From Strigamia acuminata (Eukaryota): DNA of 64,000 nt. How positions within the stretch are numbered: position 1 is the first letter of the stretch; each line of letters starts with the position of its first letter. Made by a program: the position numbers and the translations under genes. The stretch lies in NCBI GenBank assembly GCA_949358305.1, contig OX442314.1, positions 28,086,001 to 28,150,000 on the forward strand, in the 5' to 3' direction. Below are positions 1 through 11,600 of this stretch, in pieces. A model generated the notes under the pieces. That model was given only the letters and a program-made list of their open reading frames with translations. It made no database searches and had not been told where the DNA came from.

Positions 1-349
1 ATTAAGGGTATTTTGGTGTGGGACCTTATTAGATTCGACACAGCTCTTCGGGCATTCCGTCCACCGCTGTGTTTGTATTTTGTGACAAGGCTGAGCCCTG
101 CGCCACCTAGCATTCCCGTGATCCCAGGTGGTCGTAAAGGACGCTAGGGGGACACTTGTCACAAGCTATCAGCTGATTGTAGCATCAGCTCCCCGTTGAA
201 GGTTTCCGCCTCGAAAGTGTGTGTGAAGTGCTTCAGTTCAGTGCTCCGAAACGAAGTCAACGTTCTGTGCAGTGCCATTCTCCATTTTCTACCGTACCAT
301 TCCTTGAGTCAGTGTATTTGTCGCGTTGTGTCGAGTTTTCCACTCCGCA

Positions 350-3300
350 ATGAAGAAAGCGTCGGAATTATCGGGCGGAACGGTTCCCGTACTCACCGTT
401 GGGAACTATGAATCCTGGCAGCGCTTGATGCGCATGCTTCTAAAATCCGAAGGTTTATGGAGACACGTGACCGAGGAAAAGGAGGCCGAGCACCTTGCAA
501 CTTTAAATGAAAAGGAAAAGGATCGTTATGCTGTGAAAAAGGACAAAGCACTTGGTCACATATATATTCACGTCAGTGAAGCGAAACGATCGGCCCTTGA
601 TGCTTGCAATACACCTAAGCAAGCATGGGACAAGTTGGCCACCATTTATGCACCGAGTTCCAGGGCCAGACGAGCGGCCATGAGATGGGAATTTTTGAGC
701 CTCCAACTCAAACCTGGTGAAGACATGCCTGATTTCATCGGCCGTATGGACCATTTTGTTCAACAATTAAAAGACGTTGGTGAAAATGTCTCAGAAGAAC
801 ATCATTCTTTCCAATATCTCAAGGGTTTACCACCGGAATATTCCCAGGCCACGTTTGCAGTATACCACTGGCCCGACGCGAACTTTACTCCAACCAAAGT
901 GGCGGAACAGTTATTGTCCGAGCAGATGCGTTTAAAGGCAATGGGATTGACTAACCAACCGTCTGCACATACCTCGAAAGGACAGTTTCGCCAGCGTAAT
1001 CAATCTCGCGGACCTCGCGATTTGTCTAAAATCAAGTGTTTTAACTGTGATCAAATGGGTCACTACGCTAATCGTTGCCCTCAACCACCACGTAGAGACA
1101 GGAATCAGTCCACAGCTTCTGTTCAGCGTTCGTCGCGAAGTAAAAGTCGCAGACGTAATAAAAATGCCGCTGCCAAAGTTGAAGACAATCGTCCACGCGG
1201 AAGTTCACGTCCGAAGCGAGAGGGGACATTCTTTTGCAGTGCTCCGCAGATTATTGAGCGTCCTACGGTCCATTTCATGCAATCCAATGAATGGATCGTG
1301 GATTGCGGGGCAACAGATCACGTTTCTCACGTGCGTGACTGGTTTACAGACTTTTCGAATGTCCAGCCATTTGATATTGCGTTAGGCCAAGGCAAATCAC
1401 AGGTGACAGGACGAGGGACAGTTCAATTGCTCACGTCGGTCGACGGCGCGGATTGCACCATCAATTTGAAGAACGTTCTCTTTGCGCCGAATTTCGAAGC
1501 CAATTTGATTTCGGTGTCAAAGATTGATAAGACAAATCATCATGTGCATTTCTTCAATGGAGAGGTGAATGTTTATCAAACAGACTTCCGTTCACCTATT
1601 ATTCGTGCGAGAGAACGCGGTGGATTATATTATTTGGACGGTTTATGCTCAACGCATCTTGTGACGCCAATTGTTTCAACAATTAATCAACCGCCAGTCC
1701 AAATAACACTCCAACCTGTGCAAACACTTGTCACATCGGAAGTAGATTTCGACAACGTGCCAAAGCCAAAGAGGGGGAAGCAAAAGCAGCGGGAAATTTC
1801 AGACTTTCGCATAACTTTGCCCGCTATCGAACCAGCGAAGCAAATGCCAGTTCAACAAATTCCTAACCCTCCTTTACCTGCACAAGTTATCGTTCCTCCA
1901 CCTACCCAGAAAAATCCTGATATCCAATCCTATGTTGACATTCTAAAATCCTTGCCACATGCCTTCCTACCTAGCGAAACCTCTAATCCAAAACAGAAGG
2001 TTGTTGCTAATCCCACCACAGTGAAAGATGCGACTGGTTTGTGGCACAGTCGTCTTGGTCACCTTCATACCAATGCCATGAAGTTGCTAGCGGCCAATGA
2101 ACAAGTCCATGGAATGGAGCCAGCAGAAGTCCGTCAGGAGTTAGCCTGCAATGACTGTCGGATTGCTAAATCTACGAGAGCTTCTCACAAGCCGGACCCT
2201 CATCCCATCACAACAAAACCATTAGATCTTTTACACATGGATCTGTGGGGACCAGCCCCTGTCACTTCTTTGGGCGGCTCGGATTATGTATTCACCATTA
2301 TAGACGATGCAACACGCTACACCTGGATAATACCATTGGCGCAAAAATCTCAAACTTTTGCTGCGTTTAAAGACTTCGTCGCCAGAGTTGAACGGATTCA
2401 GAACACTACCGTAAAGGCCATCAGATCCGATAGGGGCGGCGAATTCATGTCGAATGAATTCCTGCATTATCTGCAGGAAAAGGGTATCCAGGGGCAGCGA
2501 ACAAACCCCGCATCTCCTCAAATGAACGGGACGGCAGAGAGGATAAACCGAACAATGATCGACAACGTCCGTGCGATAATCTCAGAAACTAAACTTCCCG
2601 ATGGACGCTGGGCCGAGTTGGCCGTTACCTTCGCATATATAAAGAATAGGAGTCCACATTCCAGACTGAAGAATCAAGTCCCATACATTCTTTGGCGACA
2701 AAGAGATTTGTCATTGCGTCATCTACGTAAAGTAGGATCCAAATGTTGGGTGCATTACACCGCACCAGGACGCAAGAAACTTGAAGCGCGTGCCTGGGAA
2801 GGATATCTTGTTGGCTATGCCACCGGCACTTGAGGCTACAGAATCTGGAATCCGGTCGAAGACAGAGTTTATGAATCCATTCATGTAAAAATCGACGAGC
2901 ATCAATCATATCGCAAATCCTTGCGTAATTCGTCACAACGGCCGGATGAAACATTTGTCGAAGACAACACCGGACAGCAAGCAGTCTCCTTTAATGACAA
3001 TGTACGATATCATCGTTGGCCCAAGGGATCCGATTCCGATCGTTCTGACAATTCGGACAATGACGCCGATGATGATGATGGACATGCCAGTGCGTCAGCC
3101 ACTTCTACATCAACGCCTGTCCTCATACCGATTGTACACTTGCCGCCGCCGACAACACCGGAACAACAGCTATTAGATGCATGTGCGCTGCAATTACCGG
3201 GTTCAGCGAGTTCAGGACATTCACAGTCCTACCCAGTACTTTATCAAGGTGATACCGATGACGATGTCGAACCCATAGAAGGACACGAAGAACGTGACGA

Positions 3301-5314
3301 CATCTCACTTTATCCAAATACGTCTGAGTTTACTGGCACATCAGCCGAACAGTCGCCTCGTCAATCTCCACCAGGTTCACCAGCACGATATATCACATAT
3401 CGCCGTAAAGGGCGTGGAGCGGACTCAGGTAGTCACACTGTACCAGAGTTCGATGACACTCCGAGGTCTCCTACACCGATTCCCCCTATTACGGGAACTG
3501 AAGTTCCAGCAGCAACCGAGCGTCATACAGCACATATGTGGCGACTCGTCGGCGGGGATTCTGAATGCAGTGATTGGAGACGTGAAGAGCATCTTAGGAA
3601 AGATCAAGTACCTGGGAAGATTAGGACCGACGTTTACTATTTTCCAATGCCTGGAATCAGGCTCAGATCACCGAAAGACATTGAAGAATATTGCATGCTT
3701 AACAACATAGACTATGAACCTGAACTTTTCACATTCCGCAATATTGAATACACGTTGCCAATTATCCCGGGACCTCATCATGCAGCCCACCTTTGTCGAA
3801 CGGAACCGGCCTTTTATGCCGAAATACCCAAATTCACGGATGCTCCGAAATGGCGCGAAGCCATCGATGAGGAGCTGGGAACGTTCGTCGAGAGAGGGGT
3901 CTATGTAGAAGTCCCTAGACCACCTAACACTACCATCTTGGGCTGCAAGTGGATCTTCAAATTGAAGACGGATTTAACCGGCACCATCACACGATACAGG
4001 GCCCGTCTAGTCGCGCAGGGATTTCGTCAAACCCTGGGCGTGGATTATGACGAAGTTTTCAGCCCAGTGGTGAATTTTGTTTTAATTCGCCTATTCTTCT
4101 GTCTCCTGGTTGTGTTGCGTGGTTGGAAGGACGCCCATCTTGACGTTAAATGTGCGTACCTGTATGGTGAGTTAAAACACAAGGTTTACATGAGGATCCC
4201 TGCAGGTGCCACATGCTCCGACCCCAACAACGTTTGGCAACTCGTAAAATCGCTCTACAGACTGCACCAATCAGGAAGGCAGTGGTTTGAAAAGCTGGAT
4301 GAAGCCCTGCGAGATCTGGGATTTAAGAAGATGCCGGCATGTAACTGTGTCTACACTTTTGGAAATTCCGCCGTAATGCTGATTTACGTCGATGACATTG
4401 TTCTCTTTTATGTATCAGACAGCATTCTCAGCCAGTTGCTTGCCCTCATCAGCTCGAAGTTCCAGATAGTTAACCTTGGTCCAATCACGAGGCTACTGGG
4501 CGTTGAGTTCATCCGTGACGCAGGGCGCACGTTCATCACACAACGTGCATACATCGCAAAACTTGTGAAGAAGTTTGACATTGCAATCAACAATCGCGTC
4601 AAGGTTCCCGTGACTCCCGGAACTACACTCGTGAGAGGGTCAACCGACTTTCCCTACAGGTCGCTCATTGGATCATTATTATTCCTGGCGTCAAGAACGC
4701 GCCCTGACATTCTCTACTCAGTGATTGCTCTGGCGCAATTCAATACGTGCTATAATCAAACACACATCCGTGCATTGCTACAGGTCATGCAATACGTTGC
4801 CAACACTGCAGACTTGTGCATTGAATTGTCCGGTTGCACATCATCACAACTGTGGGCATTCACTGACGCGTCGTGGGCAAGCGATCCAGAAACATCCTTG
4901 AGCTTCGGTGGCTACATCACCTATGTTGGAAACGTACCGATCGGCTGGTCTTGCCGAAAACAGTCAACCGTGGCATGCTCAACAATGGAGGCGGAGTTTA
5001 TCGCCCTTGTTGAGTGTGTCAAGGAGCTGTATTGGTTGAATCACGTGTACACCCAGTTTCCAGCTTTAAATCGTCTATCTCGACCCGTCGTCTATTCTGA
5101 CGCCCTGGCCAGCATACAGTTTACCTCAAATGACGTGGAGAACTCGAAGACTCGACATATCCGCGTGCGTTATCATTGGCTCAGGGAGTGGTTCACGGCG
5201 GGACGTTTCGATCTCCGAAAAGTGGACGGTGAATTAAATGTTGCAGACATTTTTACAAAATGGCTCAGTTCGGAGCGTCTACGATCGCTGATTGCCAACA
5301 TCTTCAGGTCATAG
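350..5314 (+). pseudogene. Copia A gag-pol polyprotein with one in-frame premature stop (TGA 2831-2833)
   Basis: CCHC knuckle CFNCDQMGHYANRC, protease WIVDCGATDH, integrase HHCC (WHSRLGH...CNDC) and D,D,E (HMDLWG, RSDRGGEF, NGTAER), RT YVDD, RNaseH FTDASW...ADIFTK. ORFs 326-2833 and 2921-5314 share a frame; GYATGT*GYRIW versus GYATGTRGYRIW in B. Confidence 0.95.
3560..3740 (+). other. MBD-like domain in Copia A
   Basis: WRREEHLRKDQVPGKIRTDVYYFPMPGIRLRSPKDIEEYC matches the MBD core W.R....R......K.DVYY..P.G..LRS......Y. Confidence 0.85.
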
Positions 5315-5535
5315 AACTGCACTACCTTCAATAATGACATTCCTAAGTTATTTTTCCCAAAGTTGAGGATAATCAAGTTCAGTGGGAATTCTCGGGCTTC
5401 CTTAGTGAAGAGTTCTTCAATATCAGTACCCGGCTTGATTATTCGCCCATATTATTTATCTTTCTGAATGTAATACACTGTAATTCCAGTATTTGTTAGT
5501 AGTTTTCCCCTACATTTGTCATCGAAAAGGGGATT

Positions 5536-6053
5536 TGTTGGTCAAAAGACCACTTATTTATCGATAACAAATGTTATTTACATTATTTCTTTGTTTAGTT
5601 TGATGTATTAATTACATTTATCGCTCATGTGTTAAATACGACATTCATTTCGTATTCCATGCTGTCACATACGTAATTCCGTTTGATTTGTATCTTTATA
5701 TATGAGATTTATTCTTTTGTTAACTTTAATGTTAGTTTTTGGCACCAGAGTGCCATTCTGTACACTTTGCAATTTCCAAGATGGATGCCACCACAGGTTT
5801 TGTGCTGCTCCATCTCAATTCATTCTTTTTGGACACATTATGTGAGTTATTATTTTATTAAAAGATAGTATTTTGTTTAACAAGTGTTATTGTTTGTTCT
5901 GCACGGAATTATAAGTGCAGAACACGTCGTTTCGTGCAGAAACGACTCGTTACGTCGTCGATACGTTCGCGTGTGAAACGCGACGCCATTCCGGCAATTT
6001 GCCGCACGCTTCCTGGCGATATTTCGCCAATATCTGCGCCCCTCTGTCCTACA
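5536..6053 (+). repeat. Copia A 3' LTR (518 bp)
   Basis: TG...CA termini, follows the PPT, both ends match the Copia D 5' LTR. Confidence 0.9.
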
Positions 6054-6600
6054 GGTGTGGGGCAGGATCCACATCGATTTCGCAGGCCCATTCCACAACA
6101 AGATGTTCCTGCTAGCCATCGATGCGAAATCAAAATGGTGCGAGATTCGCGCCATGTCAACAACAACAGCTGCAGCCACAGTCGCAGTGTTGAAGGAGTG
6201 GTTCAGCTAACACGGCCTGCCGATCCACGTCCACTCGGACAACGGGCCACAATTCACAGCGTCCGAGTTTCAGCAGTTTTTGGCGGAAAATGGCGTCCGC
6301 CACACGTTTTCCCCACCGTACCATCCAGCAACAAACGGCGCGGTCGAGGGATTCGTCAAGACGTTTAAAAATCAAATGGACAAATTAATCAAACTAAAAT
6401 TTTCGCTTATTGAATCCCTTTTGCAGTTTCTGTTCTCGTATCGCTCGACGCCACATGCGACTCTGCGGAAATCACCGGCTGAAGTCTTCCTACAGCGCCA
6501 GCTGCGCTCTCGACTTCACCTCCTCAATCCATGCCTGCTCCCGGACATCACAGTTGCGGACACCGCCAGGAACTTTGAGGCAGGGGACCCAGTTTACGTG
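6054..6600 (+). pseudogene. Ty3/gypsy integrase fragment; insertion target of Copia A
   Basis: Reads VWGRIHIDFAGPF..MFLLAIDAKSKW...WFS*HGLPIHVHSDNGPQFTASEFQQFLAENGVRHTFSPPYHPATNGAVE...YRSTPHAT; one stop codon. Confidence 0.88.
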
Positions 6601-6958
6601 TTGCCATTACTATTTTCCTATCATGTAACAAGTTAGAATTAAAACTTGAAAACCAATCTTCTTTCAAGTAATCTTTTCAGTAAGAGATACATTTTTTTAA
6701 GAACAGTTTTAGACTAATTAGATGGTGCTCTACAATTTTTTATTTCACTTTTTCTCTCTACTGTATCTGTCACGGTTCTCGAGTTACAATACGAATGACC
6801 TTGAAGATGACCTCTGAGGTCAAATTGGATGTCATAATTGAATTTCCCCCAATATACTACCCTGACAGTCATTTTGCTAAATCAACATCTAAAACAGTTT
6901 GGGAATTATTCACTGTAAACCATACTTTTTGTCCACCCTGTATATCCGATCTCTAATA

Positions 6959-7200
6959 CCGTATTTTACCGAATAAGAGTCGCCCTCGAATTGTAGCCGC
7001 GGCCGAGATAGGCGACTTGATATAAGAGCCGCCCTCGAATAGTAGCCGCGGCTATATACGTTCAATGAACGTAATAGTACGACATTGGCCACTATTTAAA
7101 ATAAGAGCCGCCCCCGAATTGGAGCCGCCCCCGAATTAAAGCCGCAGCTCAAAGTGGCAGTTTTCAATAAGAGCCGCAGCTCTTATTTGGTAAACTACGG
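6959..7200. mobile_element. Non-autonomous Tc1/mariner-superfamily (Tc2/pogo-like) MITE
   Basis: TIRs CCGTATTTTACCGAATAAGAG / CTCTTATTTGGTAAACTACGG, flanking TA, internal GAGCCGCCC(T/C)CGAAT repeats. Confidence 0.75.
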
Positions 7201-7259
7201 TAATAACCAAAAGGCAAATACAAAATATAAAGATCCGTAAAATCATACGGTTTTCACAG

Positions 7260-7790
7260 TCATGAACACTCATTACAATTCTCAGAAACCTCATGAATTT
7301 TTTAAACAGTAATTACCATTTAGTAGGAGTTGTGGTCGTCACCGCCACAAGGTAAGTCACGAACCAGTCATTATACTAAGTGCTTCTCAGAAATTTCATA
7401 AATTTTTAAAATAGTAATTATTTGTTAACGTTCACAAAACATCAATATAGCTGCAATGCGGTGTTTTTGAGTGGATCGACTGCCACGTTTTCACCCAAAT
7501 GGACTTTAAAACCGTATGTATTTTTTCGTGTCTTCATTCAATTCATTATGTGCTTATTGAAGAGCTATTCAATCATGTTCGAGTTTTGCAAATCCGGATG
7601 AAATCGCAGTAAAAATCCACTGGATTTGCAAAATAACAATCAAATTGATGTGAATGCCACTTTCTCAATACCATCAATCTCGTAGTCAGTATTTCAACAA
7701 AGAATCTAATTATCACATGGTTTTAAATTCTGTTTTTTTTTTTAATGAAAGACGTCAGTTGTATTATTTGCGAATTGCTGTGACAACTGA
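7260..7790 (+). repeat. Interspersed repeat of unknown class, homologous to about 15030-15730
   Basis: Shared blocks such as CTCATTACAATTCTCAGAAA, CATCAATATA.CTGCAATGCGGTGTTTTTGAGTGGATC and GAAAGACGTCAGTTGTA. Confidence 0.7.
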
Positions 7791-8022
7791 CAACTGACAA
7801 CTGACAACTGCCATCGAGGCAAACCCACACTATTTTATCAAAATTTCGAATACATTAAGGAGCTGTATCATGGCGATGTCGATTTTCCAAAAATATCGCT
7901 GTAACAAAATTCACACTAGCACCGTAATTTGCAATTTGTTGGCACACAATTACTTGGTAACCGGTGAATTGTCGCCCTGATGAGTTGGTCATGCGATTAA
8001 TTTTCACGGGATTACATGCCCG

Positions 8023-8160
8023 CGCGATGACATGTCCATGCGATGACTTGTCCATGCGATGACTTGTCTGCGCGATGACTTGTCCGCGCGATTACTTAGC
8101 CGCGATGAATGGTCGCGCGATTACTTAGCCGCGATGAATAATCACGCTATGAAAAGCCGT
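8023..8160 (+). repeat. Degenerate 14-16 bp tandem repeat (CGCGATGACTTGTCC-like), probably the subterminal array of a non-autonomous DNA transposon
   Basis: About 9 imperfect units read directly. Confidence 0.6.
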
Positions 8161-8663
8161 GGATTCAAATTCTCGATCAATAATTCTTAATAGAAACCAT
8201 GGTCTGGTGGTGCAGGTAGGTCTAAATGCTTTAAATTCTTCTACTTATTTTAATTACATTAAATATCGCATCGCGTGTCGAATCTAATAGCTAAATGGAT
8301 TTTAAGGTTCTTTCTTAACCTCAGAGCGTCACACCATACTTGACACGTGATGTATCGACTGCCGATGCAAGTAAACAGGAATCAAGTCCTAGGCAACGAT
8401 TTCTAAAGCGAACAAAAGCCCAAGCACAACAACAACAACACTTTAAGAAAGTCGTTCAAATCTTGTGGTCATGCTCTCTTTCTAACGAAGAATGAGCCTA
8501 AATCTAATGTCAGACGAGAACCACTAATCAGTCGGGCATCTTTATGTGAGCAGTGTTAAGTGTGCAGTATCAGGTTTGATCGTGTTTAAGCGATTGAAGG
8601 ATACAACAAGACAATAGAAACAAAGAACAAAATAGAAGTTTAGGTTTTCGCCATACTTGTAAG

Positions 8664-11600
8664 ATGAACACGCTGAGAATATTTTTCTTTTACCTATTAT
8701 CTGGAGCCATAAACATTTCTAACAGTAATAGTTTGATAAGTATGTTTAATTTCAAAATTCTAAAATTACTAAAATTTTGAAAAATTGATGAAATCAAAGC
8801 AAATGTATATTTGTCGATTGTCTATTCCGTAGCACGAGAAAACAATTTATCAAACAATTTACCTTTTTCTGACTGTAATTATCAGCTCCATTTTCAAATA
8901 TCAAATATTGTGGCAATCACAAATACAAGAAGAATACTCATCATTAATCAGGATGATTATAGTTACTAAATCAAACATTAAAATTGTTTATTATATGTCT
9001 AAATACCGTATTTTATCGATCAAGAGCCGCGGCTCTTATTTAAAACTGCCATTTTTGTCAGCAATTACAATTTCAGTTTTTTGTTTGTTACATTTGTTTA
9101 ATGTAACTAACCCAGAACAGTTAGTTACATTTGTTTAATGTAACTAACTCAGAACAGTTAGTTACATTTGTTTAATGTAACTAACCCAGAACAGTTAGTT
9201 ACATTTGTTTAATGTAACTAACCCAGAACAGTTAGTTACATTTGTTTAATGTAACTAATCCAGAACAGTTAGTTACATTTGTTTAATGTAACTAACCCAG
9301 AACAGTTAGTTACATTTGTTTAATGTAACTAACCCAGAACAGTTAGTTACATTTGTTTAATGTAACTAACCCAGAACAGTTAGTTACATTTGTTTAATGT
9401 AACTAACGAAGTCTGAACGTCACGAACGAAGCGTACATTCGGACAGGGACCAAATGGCCTACTTGCAACAAAATTAAATCGCCCGCGCATTTGGTCCCAC
9501 CCGGTATATTCATTGTTCGTAAGATTAAATACAAAAACAATACCGTACTTTTGCAAAAATACGGTGTTCTTGGTGTCTCCACTGCGGCTAGAATTCGAGG
9601 GCAGCTAGAATTTGAGGGCGACTCTTAATTGGTAAAATACGGTAGAAACTTTTTAATTGCAGTACCAAACTGTTTGTTGAAATTGATTCATTTCGATTGG
9701 ATTGAAAAAATTCAAATATCGGCACGACGATTCACTAATACATCGCTAGATTTGAATTATACTCCTTTTCAAATGATATTGATTTGGATAGAAAATCTTG
9801 AGCAGGTAGAATAATCTAATCATGCTTCTAGATTGACAAACAATTGGTCAATAGGCCCTAGAGTTATTCAGTTATCCATCTGTTTGATATTGCAGTGTAA
9901 GCTGAGTAGCCTGGGCATAGGACAGATCCCAGAAACTTGTCCGGGCTAGGAAATGTCCGGATGGAAGAGGCGATTTAATATTGCTGGGGGTATAGAGTGG
10001 GACCAAATCAGTTCCTCTAAACTGTCCGGACCACACAGCAGTCCGGACGGTGCTATGTCCGGTCTACACAGCTTATACTAGTAAAAGTAATGCCAGCCTG
10101 AAGACACAATGCCTGTTGATCTAATTATACCAGGTGGCCCAAATCAAAGCGGCCCAACAACAAAAGGAGGGTCACTAAGGGTGTCTCAAAAAAATGTATA
10201 TATTGTTCAATTCAATATATCGTAATTATTTTAGTTGTGGGCAGTGCTGTTTGGTGTTTAGTTTTTGACGATCCGAGCTTTCGTTCTGCAGTTATTTACA
10301 CTTTTAATCAATTTTTTTCCCAATGCACCAAGTTTGATTGTACTAGTACCATACTAGGTTACGATATTGGCAGAAAACTGAATTTTTTTTATAACTTTTT
10401 CTTTTTCAAAAATTCAGTTTTGTGTCCATATCTCTGCAACGGTGCCAGATATGCAAATTCCAACCAGGGGAATCGATTATTTGGGTCATTTTACGTCCAA
10501 TCAGCACGTTTTTGACACTTTTTCAATGTTGGCCTTTGACTTGTGTCTACTTTAGAAAATGAAATTTTCTTAATAATTTTTAGTAGAAAAAATCTGAGGA
10601 CTAGTCATGTTTAGACTAAATAAATGTTGCTCTACAAGTTTACAATTGGAAATTTTTGTCTATCTCTAACGGTTTCCGAGATAATTTCCCAATGATCTTG
10701 AAGGAACATCCCAAGGTCAAATTTCAGGTCACCAAAAGATTGCCCCGCCCAACTTTAATACTTTGCCATCATTAGATTAGATGCATTGTCAGCACTTTCA
10801 GAAATATTTAGTAGAGAACCAGACTTTTTGTTCACCCTGTATTGAACAATTTATAAACTTTTATTCAGACACCCTGTATTGTCGGGCAGGTTTTATTTGA
10901 GCTACCCGGACGCATTTGTTTGTTATTTTAAATTTAAGTATTATAAAGAATAACTACATTTAAAATTAAATCTGAATTCCAGCTTGAGCATTACACTTTC
11001 ATGCCAGTTAAAAACAAAATTGTTGTTTTTGTGATCAATGAAACACGAAAAATTGGAAATCTTAAGAGTGATCTAGATCTGCACTTATTTCACGATCTCA
11101 TCGTATGGAGACAAAATAAAGTTTACTTACTGATACATTCTAATCACAATACTGTACGAGTGAATAGTCTAAAAATATGCAAAGAATGTTTATCTTGTTA
11201 TGAATTAACACAATAATGCTTACACTATAGTGGATGGCAGACTCAGTAAACATTTTGGCAAATTCGTCCTGATCACATGGGTCCAGTAATCTGTTAGAAC
11301 ATAAACAAAACCTGTGATGACGATAAATAATTCCACAAATACTTTAAACTAAAAATATATTATTTTAATTTCTAACAAGATTATAACATTCAGTATATTT
11401 GATCTTCATACTTTTAGTATATTAAAAATAAAATCACAGCCACTTTATTTTTATTTTATATCACAGAATTCAGGCTTAATTGCATTGGAATACCGATTTG
11501 ATGAGCACATATTCTTAAAAACAAACATAGCCATTAAATGCATAGAACAAGTAAAATGTCAATTTGAAATAATTTCGCAGACAACATTATTGTTGAAAAA

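Larger units (their letters stand above)
1..6053 (+). mobile_element. Copia A: Ty1/copia LTR retrotransposon (CopiaMBD type); 5' LTR and PBS lie outside the window
   Basis: Gag-PR-INT-MBD-RT-RNaseH order; PPT AAAAGGGG just before the 3' LTR 5536-6053 (TGTTGG...CCTACA); followed directly by a gypsy integrase fragment. Confidence 0.95.

Noticed and set aside
1..1888. Segmental duplication or misassembly between 1-1888 and 48840-50720
   Set aside because: Scattered, mostly synonymous differences and different LTRs indicate two independent insertions of one family
2831..2833. Programmed stop-codon readthrough in Copia A
   Set aside because: B, C, E and F have Arg at this position in a continuous ORF, so it is a point mutation
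9087..9407. CRISPR-like array of palindromic 37-bp repeats
   Set aside because: Linkers are 8 nt and almost invariant, there are no unique spacers or cas genes, and the context is a eukaryotic intron
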